From positions 97,290 through 161,289 of the forward strand of contig JAKMXF010000325.1 of assembly GCA_024704765.1 (NCBI GenBank): 64,000 bases of DNA, read 5' to 3'. The translations under genes were made by a program, and so were the position numbers. The DNA is from Oopsacas minuta. Lineage: Eukaryota > Animalia > Porifera. The notes under the pieces were generated by a model, which did not search any database, was not told the origin of the DNA, and was given only the letters and a program-made list of their open reading frames with translations. Within the stretch, counting starts at the first letter, position 1, and each line of letters begins with the position of its first letter. Shown piece after piece: positions 12,089-25,059 of this stretch.

Positions 12089-12394
12089 GTGTTAGTTTGT
12101 ATGTGTGCTGTTAGTAGTGTAAAGAGAACGACAGTTGATAATTTAGGAGAAAATGATACTACATTCAAACGTCCCAAAGAAGAGTTGATCCCTATAGGAG
12201 ATATTCTAGCCCATGTGGTATCAGATCTATCCACTGAAGTAGTCAGAGACTGTCCTAACAAACCTTTAGCAAACGCTCCAACAAGAGAATCTCGTGCTGT
12301 AGAAGAAGAAAATATCGGAGTAATAGAATTCAGAATTGTATTTAACAATCCGAATGTAGCTATTGATCAAGAGGATATAATGCGATTAGTTGCT
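12089..12394 (+). CDS. KAT2A: Histone acetyltransferase GCN5/PCAF, exon preceding the GNAT domain (5' boundary unresolved)
   Basis: NAPTRESRAVEEENIGVIEFRIVFNN matches the GCN5 A-R-D/E..EE..G.IEF.V motif; donor gct|GTAAGT at 12395, phase 0. Confidence 0.8.
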
Positions 12395-12728
12395 GTAAGT
12401 GTGTTTTCATGCATTTTTAATGTTTCTACACTCTTCCCTTACTTATACTGTAAAGGAAATTCACCCCCATTTTAATTTATATGATAATAATTGTGATGTT
12501 TTTCTTGATTATTAATGGTTAAAATTGAGAAGCACTTTACCAATCTTTGTGCGTCTCACTGTCTTAACGATTGTATGCAAAATTACAACGCACATGATTA
12601 TAAGAACAGCATTCATACCGAAGTACTTATAATAATCCTATGGAAGGCTACCCGTTATAGTTAATCCGAGGACGAAATTTCCTGCGATGAAAATTCCTTA
12701 GTTCGTTAATTAATTGAATATAAAGATA

Positions 12729-13234
12729 TAGTAAACTCCCGTATAACCAAGTCGGGTACAACGAGACTCCGCTTATAACGGAATACCGACAATTCGCACC
12801 ACGACAATTCGCACCACGACAATTCGCACCACGACAATTCGCACCGCGACAATTCGCACCACGACAATTCGCACCACTAATATCATATCAAATTGGCCAA
12901 TCAAATTAGGTGCGAATTGTCGGTGGTGCGAATTGTCGCGGTGCGAATTGTCGGTGGTGCGAATTGTCCGGTGCGAATTGTCGCGGTGCGAATTGTCGTG
13001 GTGCGAATTGTCGGTATCCGGATTTAGACGGATGGATACAACGATTTTCTGCTCATAACGAAGTTAATTAGTACACCCTTTAGGCCAAAAGCTATTGAAT
13101 ATCAGCCCGTTATAACAATCATAACAATTCCAGTTGAAATAATTCCACTCAAATTGATACCTTATTACAACAAACTCCGCTTATAACGAAATGATACCGA
13201 GATCCCGAGCATTTCGTTATAACGAGAGTTTTTG
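12729..13234. mobile_element. pogo/Tigger-like MITE in GCN5 intron (host of the foldback element)
   Basis: TA-flanked (c/t)agtaaactcccg.ataac ... gttataacgagagtttttg termini; repeated ttataacg motif. Confidence 0.6.
12782..13018. mobile_element. 237-bp foldback MITE built from 15-bp tandem units; non-autonomous relative of the MULE at 62862
   Basis: 6 copies of gacaattcgcacc(a/g)c, a 31-bp spacer containing the attggccaat palindrome, then 7 inverted copies; termini (a/g)ataccgac; CGG on both flanks. Confidence 0.85.
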
Positions 13235-14299
13235 TATTTGTAAATAAATTCGAATAAATATAATATACGTATTACAAGGGTATGGGAAGTATCGTATGTA
13301 CCATAAATTGGCTGGACTGATGAGACTGTGTATTTTCCTGTGGGTTATCGAGTTATGCGTATATAAGTTAACCTCTGAAATGCGGCACTTTTGGGAGCAG
13401 CGCTTGTGTCGTATCTTCAGAGGTTGTTGTATTTCAGAGGTGCCTCTTTTAGAAGTTTACCTGTATGTTGATATTGACAAAATGTAAAATCATATCGCTC
13501 GCCGTTTAACCGAATTCCGTTACATCATTTGCACTAAAAGTGATATAACTTCAAAATGATTAAGCTTCGGATAATTTGAAGATACAAATTTGAACATATC
13601 ACAACATGATTTAGTTATCTGACTCTATTATGCCCGATAGCCATGAAGCCAAATCTACGACTCTAGATGGTGTCGGACAAGATGCGAAGAACAGATGCAT
13701 GATAAATTTAGTAGTCGTTGGATTTTCCTGGTAATATGTAGACACTTGTTATAATTTATTACGAGTATTTGGCTCGTTACTCCATCGTAGCTCCAGTCGC
13801 CTCGATTTCTACTCCATGGATAGTTTTGGATATAAATATGGGCTGTATATACGCAAGTATCATAAACACTTAAATGCAAAATTTATAACCAGTGTACTTC
13901 TTACCCCTATATATCCGTTGAGAGCAAGATAGTATGAATAATATGAACATTTCATTTTTTATTTCGTTACCCAGGAAAAGAATTATAGTATGGTATTTGA
14001 ATTCGAATTTCGCGATTGCGAGATGCAATATAACTATAGTCATTGCTTTACATATGGATATTATATATTTATTTCATACAGTCGCTCACTGCCCTCAGGC
14101 TGTACCAACTCTGAGTTTGCAAAATCAATTCATTCAAGAAAATAAGTTGATTTTGCAAACTCAAAAATGAGTTTATACAGCCCTCACTGTCTGTCATGGA
14201 ATTAAAACAAAATAATTGTGAGGTATTACAGCTTAATTCCAATTTATTTACAATTTATACGGTTTTTTCGAGGACAAAAATAATCAGATAATGAAAATA

Positions 14300-14490
14300 A
14301 CTCGATTTCAACTTTATTTGTATTTATCAAGTAAGTAATTAGAATTCAATAAAGCTTGACTAAATGTACCGAATATGCTGAATCCGATTCTCATACTTTT
14401 GAATTAATCATATGTAAATGTATTCATTGTTTATACGAATATAGAGTAACAGACAAACAAACAGGACAAAAATGGAGATTTAATCACATA
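14300..14490 (+). mobile_element. Helitron family B fragment in GCN5 intron
   Basis: gtatttatcaag..agaattcaataaagcttgactaaat..gaatatgctgaatccgatt..ttaatcatatgtaaat matches family B. Confidence 0.6.
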
Positions 14491-14550
14491 CATAGATTTC
14501 AGCTGGTGGAAATAATATATTTAAGATTATCACTTAATTTTCTATTTTAG

Positions 14551-15024
<474 letters not shown>

Positions 15025-15648
15025 TAATAGAGTTGTCTTTAGCTGTACATCATGCACTATATGTATGACACGTTTCTTAGTAATACAATCCGTAAACCAT
15101 ATTCTACTTAGATTCGCGAATTCAATTCCATCTCTACATTGTATAATATTGTACAAAGTGGCAATCAACTCATAACAACAACTCTATCTACTGGTAAAAT
15201 TCTGTGTACTGGAATTCCACCTAAAACACTAATATTGGGTTTGTAAAAAAATTAGTATAATTTTTCACGTTGAAATACACCCGCCAACAACTACGGGGTG
15301 TCCAAGAAGTCCGGGTAACAGTTCGGGGTCGGATATTCACTAATCCGCGTCTCCTCTAGGATATTTATATTACCAAGTCCAGTGCCTCAGTTTTGGTTCA
15401 AATTCCGGTTTCCCTAATGGAGTAGTAAAGTTTCAGTACATAGAGCTTTAAGACAAATTCCAATAGTCAATTAGGACAAATTCCGGTTTCCCGCAGTTAA
15501 TACTCAGATCCGGACGAGATTGCTCGAATCTCAGGTTATACTGTATTTAACTCGTTTTTGTACTACATGTACCTAAGTTATGCTAGAAACTTGCTTGGCA
15601 TTTTATTTAGCACACTAAACTGATAGTAATCGATTTTATCTGTTGCAG

Positions 15649-16224
15649 GAGTATCAGGGTGCTACGTTAATGGAATGTGTCTTGGACGCTAATATAAGTT
15701 ACACAGACCTTTCTAACCGTCTTAGAAGACAACGGCGACTCCTTACAGAGCTAATTCGTAAGCGAAGTGAAGAAATTGGTGTAATACAACCTGGTATAGA
15801 GATGAGTGGGGAGATAAACATTGAAGATATCCCTGGGATAGAGAATACAGGCTGGAAGAGAACTTCATCAGACGATTTGAAGGAAATGTCATTTGAAAAA
15901 GATTTGGATAAACTATATACCGTGTTGAAAAATATATATAACCAGCTCAAAAGTCACCCCAGCTCATGGCCCTTCCTAAAACCTGTATCATCTATTGACG
16001 TACCTGACTATTACGAGGTTGTAAAGAATCCGATGGATTTCAAGACGATGGGAGATAAGCTGAAGAGCAAGTTTTATACAAATATTCGGGTATTCTTTGT
16101 GGATATGACACAAATATTCATGAATTGTCGTGTATATAATGACAAACAGACTGAGTACTATGATTGTGCTAACAATTTAGAGCAATTTTTTCATCTTAAG
16201 CTACGAGAAGCAGGATTTTTATAA
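15649..16224 (+). CDS. KAT2A: GCN5/PCAF last exon (end of HAT domain, ADA2-binding region, bromodomain)
   Basis: tgttgcAG|gag; EYQGATLMEC.L joins GYIK in frame; bromodomain SHPSSWPFLKPV...DVPDYYEVVKNPMDFKTM...FMNCRVYN...YYDCA; stop TAA. Confidence 0.95.
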   Translation, partial: EYQGATLMECVLDANISYTDLSNRLRRQRRLLTELIRKRSEEIGVIQPGIEMSGEINIEDIPGIENTGWKRTSSDDLKEMSFEKDLDKLYTVLKNIYNQLKSHPSSWPFLKPVSSIDVPDYYEVVKNPMDFKTMGDKLKSKFYTNIRVFFVDMTQIFMNCRVYNDKQTEYYDCANNLEQFFHLKLREAGFL

Positions 16225-16939
16225 ATACATACACAAGTTCTATATTGATCAGTCTTTAATATTATTTGCATTTCTTCTCTATTTCATGGTACGTATAGTA
16301 AACTATGCAATGTTATCACATCGATACATTTTCAACGATCACAGACCAGTTAAAGTTAGACAAACGTATAACTCAAATTACATAATTCGATTCCATCCAA
16401 TTATGTACGTATGTAATGTTGAAATTTTACTTATGTTACTTCCATTCTTATCATGTAAGAATAGATAGAAAAGTAGTCAAATTAACTTTCCTTAGAAAGC
16501 CATCTTTATAATATCCCGGTTTCTACTGTAGTAACTGTACGTAACTACTCATCATATCTGATAGTTCATTCTTAATGATTTATTAATGGATATGATGTAC
16601 TTCTGTTACATCTTAATGGATATTTCGGAAATGAATGGGAATCTGATCATTCTGTTCCGTTCTGTATGTATTAACGAAATTTTGTGACTAATTTGTAATT
16701 TATCTGGATATACAAACTCACGGGTTCTTACGTCATTATTTGTAAGACGATTCTTGATTATTGTAAGCCCAGCGTCACTGAAATTCTATAGGAAATTCTT
16801 CATAGAGCCATTCTGGCCAAACGAGGTCCTAATATTCTTAACTCAAAGTAGAACCTTGAAGAATCCAAGGTCTATTTTTGTTCACTACTAGACTATCCAT
16901 ATAAAGTAATTTTAATATAGTTACGTTATAGTGTTACCT

Positions 16940-17269
16940 ATGGTGAAGAAAAATAAGAAAGTTCAGAGCAAGCGTATGACATGTAGCAGACGCTACAAAA
17001 TACAGCGAAGAGTGAGGGAGCATATTCGTAAGTCTAGGAAAGAGGACAAGTCTAAGAGTAAATCAGGTTTGAGTATCCTCAAGAAAGATCCTGGCATCCC
17101 AAGATTGCATCCAATGAAGGAACAGATACTGAGAGAAGTGGAGCAACATAAACAGCAAGCTGAAATACAAAAGATAGCTCATAAAACCTCATTAAAAAGA
17201 TTACAAATAGAAGCTAAAAAGAAGAATAAACTCTTTGATAAATCAGAGCAACCTAAGTACACCCCAATT
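16940..17269 (+). CDS. GNL3: Nucleostemin-family GTPase exon 1 (GN3L/Grn1 basic domain)
   Basis: SKRMTCSRRYKIQRRVREH.RK.RKE...KKDPGIP.L.PMKEQIL.EVE; donor att|GTAAGT at 17270. GNL3 versus GNL3L cannot be resolved. Confidence 0.9.
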
Positions 17270-17458
17270 GTAAGTATATATCTCAATACTAGGATACTCC
17301 GATATCACCAAATTATCTTGAGGTTCTTTTTTGAGAAATGGTAGCTCTTTGGTTATGATTCTCTCAAAATCATATTCAAGGGCGGATCCAGCGAGGTGGA
17401 GAGTTTTGTATCGGTATGAGAACAAGAATATCTTGAGTAAAAAATCATCTGTACCAAA

Positions 17459-17591
17459 CAGAGGCGTTCCGTTACCATTTTGAGTGGGGGGGGTGTAACT
17501 TCATGGATTTACCGACGACCCAGGGAATACCGACCAGATAAGCAAAAGTGGGGGTGTTACACCCCCACACCCCTCGCACGGTACGCCCCTG
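17459..17591. mobile_element. 133-bp hAT-type MITE in GNL3 intron 1
   Basis: TIR cagaggcgttccgt / acggtacgcccctg; 8-bp TSD gtaccaaa / gtactaaa (1 mismatch). Confidence 0.75.
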
Positions 17592-17930
17592 GTACTAAAA
17601 CTTATTAGCATAGGGAATTACTGTTAATTGGAGGGACATGTGTAAACTTCTTCACTGACTATAATACGTGGTATTAATTACCTATGTAAAGCAAGTGTTA
17701 TACGTACACCGATCATAATTGGTGGCTTCACTGGCTTGAATCCAATATCAACCGAAAATCGCTAGATAAATATTTTGATAGTTAAGGTATTAACAGGATC
17801 ATTGGTTCTACTATGAACTAGATATGTACTGTAATAATTATTAAATGACTCACTTAATTACACAATCAGACATATATATATTCATATTTGCCAAATTTAT
17901 ACTGGGAATAATATTAACGCTTCTTTGTAG

Positions 17931-18560
17931 GACCATCTCAATCCCAATTCAGAATATCTAATGACAAGAAAGGCATTCTATAAAGAGTTCCAGCAAGTAG
18001 TGGATGCATCAGACATAGTAATAGAGGTTCTAGACGCTAGAGACCCTCTCCCTTGTAGGAATACACAAGCCGAGACAATGGTTAGCTCTTCTAAAGATAA
18101 GAGACTAGTTTTGTTACTGAACAAAGCTGACTTGGTACCGCGTGAAGTGACACTTAGTTGGCTACGTTATCTCAGGAGAGAATACCCAACTATTGCGTTC
18201 AAAAGCTCCACTCAATCCAAGCAGAGACGTCTAGGCAGGAAACAATTTAATCCAATCTACGTCCCAGATAAACTCAGGGAGACTTCAACTTGTTTAGGAG
18301 CTCGTACTCTATTGCAGCTCCTAGGGAACTACTGCAGACTGTCAGGTAGTACTGGGGTGTCTGGGGAAACTATAAAGAGGAGTATAACTGTTGGAGTGAT
18401 AGGCTGTCCTAACGTAGGGAAGAGTTCTGTTATTAACTCTCTAGTCCGTAACAGGTCTTGTGGAGTAGGTGCTACTCCTGGGGTAACTCGTGTTATGACT
18501 AAGGTATCTCTAGGCAAACATATAAAGATGTTAGACTGTCCAGGACTACTCCCCTCAACG
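17931..18560 (+). CDS. GNL3: Nucleostemin-family GTPase exon 2 (circularly permuted G domain)
   Basis: tttgtAG|gac; DIVIEVLDARDPL, G4 LNKADL, G1 GCPNVGKSS, G2 GATPGVT, G3 DCPG in G4-G1-G2-G3 order; donor acg|GTGAGT at 18561. Confidence 0.95.
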
Positions 18561-18849
18561 GTGAGTATAGGGTGTATAATTATCTTTAATTACCTATAGC
18601 ACCTTTGCAATTAATTACTTCAAAATGGCATCATCTAAAATTACTAGGAAAAATTACTTGGTAGACTTCGTAATATCCGTGTCCTTATAACTGGAGTTGT
18701 CTGTATGTTTTGGATTGATTTGAATATGTATATAGATTGTGACAAGTTATTATTGGATGTCCGCCAAATTTGACTTATTTAAGTAGTCGTCTAGCAAACT
18801 TTGTCAGTAATGTAACATTCTGTCAGACTTTATTATTCTATGTTATTAG

Positions 18850-19401
18850 AACGCTACTACAAATTCTCTGTCTCTTCTCAGCTCGTTGACTCCATCTGGT
18901 CAAGGTGATCCGATTGAAGTTGCCAAAGAGATCTACATTAGATGTCCTGTTGATCAGCTGATGAGTTTATATAAATTACCAGAGTTTGAGGGAGGTACTG
19001 ATGAGTTTCTTGCAGTACTAGCCCACAAAAAGGGAAAGCTCAAAAAGAAAGGATTCCCAGATGTGCGTAGCGCTGCAAAAGTCTTGATTCAGGACTGGTC
19101 ATATGGAAAGATTCGTTTCTATAAACTCCCACCTGAATCCAAGCAAGAATCAAGTGAACCTACACTAGTAGCACAATGGTCAGCTGAGTTTGATATTAAG
19201 TCTTTGTTAGAGTCTGAAGAGGAAGAGCTGGGTAAGATAAAGCCTGCTGATGGAATAGGGATAGAGTTAGGAGAGGGATTGGAACAAGTTAAGATGGATT
19301 CTGAGAGTGATGAAAATTCAGATATTACAGAAAGCGATGATGATGGAGTGATGGATCACAGCAATAGAAATGAGTATTGTATATATAGTAAAAATAATTA
19401 A
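18850..19401 (+). CDS. GNL3: Nucleostemin-family GTPase exon 3 (C-terminal, acidic tail; 3' boundary uncertain)
   Basis: ttattAG|aac in frame; L..LYKLPEF...EFLA.LA.KKGKLKK.G.PDV..AAK.LI.DW..GKIRFY.LPP conserved; acidic tail. A further exon after ~19375 cannot be excluded. Confidence 0.85.
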   Translation, partial: NATTNSLSLLSSLTPSGQGDPIEVAKEIYIRCPVDQLMSLYKLPEFEGGTDEFLAVLAHKKGKLKKKGFPDVRSAAKVLIQDWSYGKIRFYKLPPESKQESSEPTLVAQWSAEFDIKSLLESEEEELGKIKPADGIGIELGEGLEQVKMDSESDENSDITESDDDGVMDHSNRNEYCIYSKNN

Positions 19402-19454
19402 GTGGACCTTAGTTAATATATTAGTTGGTAGCAAGCATTAAAATACCTATATTC

Positions 19455-19879
19455 ATAGCCTATTTGATCAAATCTCGATGATTTGTCTGTGTGTGTTTAT
19501 CTGATTATTCATGGACTCTGAGATATATAACTATTTATCATGTTTATCAAGGGAGTAAACAAAATTCAATAAAACTTGACTAAATATATCGAATATGCTG
19601 AATCCTATTTTCACAATATAAAGTAAACAAATAATTGAAATTTTGAAATAATCGTAGAGACTTGCTCTTAACGGTTACGATGGGGTAACAAAGTACCACT
19701 GAATTCGGATTTCGCATTTTCAAGTTTCTCATATACTGTATGTAACTTTATTATATATTTAATTTCATAAATTTTGGTGTCGTTTTATTTAATTCAAGGC
19801 ATGAGGTACCGAAACCTGTGCCACCCTGTGAACACAAAATGTCCCAAGCCTCGCAGCGCGAGCAAGCGAAGCGTGCTCG
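19455..19879 (+). mobile_element. Helitron family B copy with 3' terminus
   Basis: Family B internal motifs (aattcaataaaacttgactaaatatatcgaatatgctgaatcc; gacttgctcttaac) followed by gcgagcaagcgaagcgtgCTCG|t. Confidence 0.65.
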
Positions 19880-20979
19880 TTATTTAATAAATGTCATAAC
19901 ATAGGGTTCATGCCCTGACAATACAGGATCGATGAAATATACTCTGGGGTATTGAATAATCACCCCCCGCTGATTAATTTTGAAATTTGCCACTCACTTG
20001 TGTTTATTCCAAATTCCAAACCTCAGTTATTTTGTTCAGAATACAGAGTACTTCATAATTATTGTCCTATTTCCTAAAATTTAATATTAGCCAAACAAAG
20101 TTCAATACAATGATTAATTTCTTCTATAACATGGCAGAATACATTTACAAAAATTCTTAAAATTCCTTTAACAAATTAAGCTGATTAGTAGGAGTTATTC
20201 TTAGGACCCTATATTTACTAATGCAAATTTAATTTCATATTTCTACTATTAAAATCACGGTGAATAAGTTCTGACAGTTGAAATTGAATAATAAATCCAA
20301 CAAAAGTCTATCCAAACACAAAATTAGCATGAAGTCCACATCCATATCCCTAGGTAGCTTAATAACGAGTACAAATGAAATCTCCCAGAGCCAGTGCCAT
20401 AAGGTAGTGAACTAAATCCCGAATCCCCTCCCAATGGTAAGTGTTTATAATTAATACAATAAAAGTCCTATCACGTCCTCGTTTCTATAAATCCTTTTTT
20501 CTATAATTATCTCCTTTATCTCTATAAATATATCCTTTTTAACGCCATTTCTTATTTTTCTAAACGCTGAATGCTTCCTTAAATTTCTAAATAATCTGCA
20601 CCATCGTTTTAAAACCCAAAATCCAACGATCCATCAATATATTGATGATCTAGGTGTGAAATAGTACAATAAATGTAAGTCTAAATATAGGGTCTTAGAG
20701 CGAAATTTCACTTTAGGGCCCTAGGGTCCTGAGAATGATGCAAGACACCAGGGTCCTAGATATAATTTCCCGATATTGTAGTACATTTTGACATTATAAT
20801 AATTAAGAGAGTTATATAACAGTTATATAACTATCGCTAATAGGTCAACTATTATGGGACACCTGTTATTAATTAGCTATTATGGGACACCCTGTTATTA
20901 TAGCTCAGTCACCAGTATTGGAATTTGTGGTTAACCATGATAATATAGTCAACCCAATGAACACATTACATCGAAGCTT

Positions 20980-21656
20980 ACACGAGCCCCCGTGTAGATG
21001 CCGCAATGCATCAGACCCCGATTGATGTTGGGCTCATAGATCGGAGAAATATTTCAGGATATTCAATACAGCTACTGAACTCTATGTTTATCCTCCAATC
21101 CTATGGTTAAGATTCCGAATAATTATCAGTCAATTACCCCCTATCAAACTTCTAAACGAAATCTCTAGCATCAATTTCAAATTATGTGCAAAAACGTGTT
21201 AAAATATAATTAATCATTGAGTGCGAGATTTGAAAATGTCAATATTGATACCTACATACTCGATTACCCCTGACTAGCAGTTTTAAAACGAAATCTCTAG
21301 CATGATTTGAATAATATGCAAAAAGGTGTGAAAATATGATTATTCATGTGATAAATCTGTGAATTTGTAACTTTCAGACTCTGAAATTCACAAAATCGGA
21401 CTCTACGCACCCAATTACCCCTGACAACATGTTGAAACCTAATCTCTAGCATGCTTTTGAAATTTACATAGAATGGTGTGAAACATTCACTTTAGAAAAC
21501 ATTCATACCTGAGGTGCAAATCTCCGACCCAAATGTATTTGTATGCCAAAATTCATGTTAATTGGACTGCTAGATTTCGCACGGCCACGCTGACGGACGG
21601 ACGTCGCACATCGCCAATGCCATTCGGTCATCTCCCTATAGGATAGGAGCTGCACT
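20980..21656 (-). mobile_element. Helentron/HINE-like family A, longest copy (~680 bp)
   Basis: Reverse complement starts ttttt|agtgcagctcctatcctataggg...gtccgtccgtc...; three internal sub-repeats containing ggggtaat; 3' part matches 3135-3255. Confidence 0.72.
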
Positions 21657-22579
21657 AAAAAATCATTGAGTTTTAACCGATTTCGGTCGAAGTGTTACGA
21701 TCGTAACGAAAAATAACAATAATTTTGTACTATTTCAATTGATTTGGGAAGTAATTTTCACAAAAAGTGAGAGGCGAAGCTCTCTCACTTTTGAAAATAG
21801 TTTTTTGCTATGGCAACGCCTCAAAATACTGCCTAAAATGACTTCTTCATGGCACGCCAATATTCAAAATTACTCTACTTAAATATAAAAGATATATAAA
21901 AATATACGCAGATAGGACAGAAAATCATTAGATAAGAAAGTGTCAATACAAAAATAACAAACACTGTTCAAATCATTCATAAAACGGAATTATGAGGGGG
22001 CGTCCAAGCCCCCTTCTCCCCTTGGATCCGCCACTGATCTCGTTTGTGAGTTTTTTAAATATTTGCTTCCATTCGTGACAGGCTTGCTCCTGGATTTTGT
22101 CAGGATGTCTGACTTCCTGATTTGTTTGATTGAGTCTATGGAATAGAATCTACTTGCTGAATTTGATTTTGATCTGATTTCTTATGAATATTGCTTATAA
22201 TTGATGTCTTCTATAATTAGCCCTCCAGGACCGATTACAAAGCCCGGCGTCACAGATTTTGAAGTTAAATCATAGCAGACTTACAAAAAGTTCGTTGAAA
22301 ATTGTGCTAAGCTAATAGTGTAGGGTATTACCATGAAGAAATTGTTATATAAACATGTTTGATAGTGTTGGTTGTACAAATTTTGCTCTATAACGTATAA
22401 ATCCGCTTTGAGGGAAATTTTCTTTCTGAGGAATTTTGTATAGTCATCAGATTGCACTAAATAAAGTGTAAAACTTGAAATAACTTCTATGATTGAAGGC
22501 CGACCACATTATTATAGTTATTTTCGTAATCAGCTTAAATTTCCCCTTCGTTTAAGTGGTCACATAACCATATTTGCGA

Positions 22580-22790
22580 ATGATTTTTTCCATAGCAATA
22601 CATGAAGGCTTCAGAATTGTGATAAAAGATAAAATGTCTCAGTCTTGATACTCATGATTGAAAGGCTGTTAAGCCGATCTTTTTCATTTCTATTCCTGAG
22701 CTAGATACGTTTCAGTTTCGAGAAAGACCTCTCACCATTACAATTAAATACCAACAGAGAAAATATATTCAAAAAGCTATTTCTATGTCG
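22580..22790 (-). pseudogene. hAT transposase C-terminal dimerisation-domain remnant
   Basis: Minus strand reads FNCNGERSFSKLKRI*LRNRNEKDRLNSLSIMSI, matching the hATC motif ERSFS.LK.IK..LR......RL..L..LSI. Confidence 0.65.
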
Positions 22791-23559
22791 GGTATTTACT
22801 ATATAATGGCTATCTTGATTTGACCATAATTTCAACGATTATCGAGTTATAAGTGAATTCTCAGAAAAATGTATCAACCCTGGTCGCTACTAGCACGGTG
22901 TCTCAAAAACTCAAATAACTTTGGAAAAATATTCCCGTATAATGGGGTACTAAACTATGTACTTTTTAACCTAAAATTCAGTGGGAATATTATTGAAATC
23001 GATTCCAAAATATATTTCTGTTGATGAGGGAAAAAGCTATGTTGAATTTACCATATCGGTTCTAGAGTCAATGCATTGCGAGGAGAAATGTATTCACCTA
23101 TGTATCGAAGTGCATAATTTCCGTAGCAAATACAGAGAGAAGCTGCAAAGGTACAACAGTAAACGAAGCCTTCAAGTCGTTTTGGCATCTCTGACCGGCC
23201 ACTTTAAGAACGAATGAAAAACACTTTTTTGGGTATATTATTAAGTTCTTGAACATACTCGCGATAATTTAAGGAACTGGATTACTAGTAAATACATAAC
23301 AATATTGAAAGGAATTGAACAGTTACTTGTGATAGTCGGGAAGGAGCTCCAGTCAATAATTATAACCTCAATCTAGTCTGTAGTTATTACGGTAAAGATA
23401 TTCTGGACCTCAAACGTCTGGACCAAAGCCCAGCTTAACTTTCTGGAAAATATTCCAGAACAAAAATTGATCCCCCGAAGGCGTCTGTTACTTAAATTGT
23501 TAAGCTCATATCTAAAAGTATTATAAAACATATTTCCAAATTCATTAAAATGATTCAGT

Positions 23560-23750
23560 TTTTACCTCACGTGTCCAGCTACAACAGTCAATGCTTAGCG
23601 ATCCTTTAGCCAACTAAGCAGATTGGAAACTTATTTACGCAGCACTATGAATCAAAAGACGTCTCAATACAGTCCTTATACTCTCTACTTATCATGAAGA
23701 GCTCGATGAACTCGATATAGACAAGCTAATGAGTTCATAATTTAAGACTG
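23560..23750 (+). pseudogene. hAT transposase C-terminal remnant, truncated by the maT insertion
   Basis: TCPATTVNA*RSFSQLSRLETYLRSTMNQ.RLNTVLILSTYHEELDELDIDKLM (one stop, one frameshift). Confidence 0.7.
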
Positions 23751-23756
23751 AAACTA

Positions 23757-25059
23757 CAGGGTTAGGCATAAGTTTTGCAACAAAAATTGAAATTAAGCTA
23801 AAGGTTCTGCGAATGGTTTTAGGCGAATATTTATTTATCATATGTTATCTTCAATATCTTTTTAAACAATATTTGGAGTATTGAGTCCTACTAGAAAAAT
23901 TTTTTTTATTTATGGACAAAGAAGCAAAACGGCCATTGATAATCTTGTATCATAATGAAGGCAAGTCAGCTTCCGTAATATCAAAAATACTGTCCATAAA
24001 CAGATGGTTAGTCTACCGTACAATCAAATGTTACAAGGAGACTGGCAGTACCCAGGACAGGTTCAGAAAAGGTAGACCTCATTCTGTTCGGACTCCTGCT
24101 GTTAGGAAGCTCGTCCGGGAGAGGGTCAGGAAGAATCCTGTCAGAAGCATCTAAGGCATGGCAAAAAGACTTCAATATTTCAACCAGAAGTATGGGGAGG
24201 ATAGTAAAAGAGGATTTAGGCTTGAAATGCTACAAATTTCGAGAGGACAGTTACTTTCTGAGGTGAATAAGAGGCGTAGGTATGAAAAATGTCTGATTCT
24301 GGGAAAAAGGTTCACTGGTGGCACGCACCAGAGTATTGTCTTCTCCGATGAGAAGATTTTTACCGTTGAAATGGCATATAATCGCCAAAACAGTCGAATT
24401 CTTGCTCCAGATCAAAAGTCTATATCGTCATCAATAAGCACAATTAAAAGAACTCAGAAACCTGCATCGGTCATGGTTTGGGGAGTTATTACCTCTGAAG
24501 GTCGGACACCTCTGGTGCTCATTGACAAAGGGGTGAAAATTAACAAAGAGGTGTATGTAGAGAGCATTTTAGAAAACGTATTGAAGCCTTGGGCTGGTGA
24601 GCACTTCAATGGCGCGCATTGGGTGTTCCAGCAAGATTCCGCTCCCTCCCACAAAGCCAAAATGACATCTGAGTGGTTGAAACTCAATGTACCGGAATTT
24701 GTATCAACTGAAGAATGGCCGGCCTCTTCTCCAGATCTAAACCCTATGGATTTCTGTATATGGTCCATCTTAGAGTCCAGGGTATGTGCAAAGCCTCACA
24801 AGAATGTCGAAAGTCTGAAGTCTTCCTTGGGAAGAGAGTGGGATTTAATCAGTGAGGACGTGTTGTGTGCTGCTGTCGATAATTTCTATAAGCGATTGAG
24901 CCTATGTATCGCAGCAAAGGGCAATACATTCGAAAAGCTAGATTAATTTCGTATCCTTAGTATGTATATTTACTAATTCATTACGAATTTCAACTACTAT
25001 TATGGTAAAATAAGAAATATACTAGTTTATACTTGTTGCAGAACTTATGCCTAACCCTG
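23757..25059 (+). mobile_element. IS630-Tc1-mariner element, DD37D (maT) family, complete but inactive
   Basis: 27-bp TIRs cagggttaggcataagtt(t/c)tgcaacaa, TA on both sides; transposase 23912-24946 with FSDEK...QQD-37aa-D (SPDLNPMD); in-frame TAA at 24152 and two compensating frameshifts at ~24165-24240. Confidence 0.92.

Noticed and set aside
12788-13012. Regular 15-bp repeats suggestive of a CRISPR array
   Set aside because: The units are directly adjacent with no unique spacers, switch orientation mid-way, and no cas genes are present; this is a foldback MITE in a eukaryotic intron.
17715-17755. ggcttgaatcc resembling a tRNA B-box
   Set aside because: No cloverleaf or A-box could be built; no tRNA, rRNA or snRNA gene was recognised anywhere in the window.
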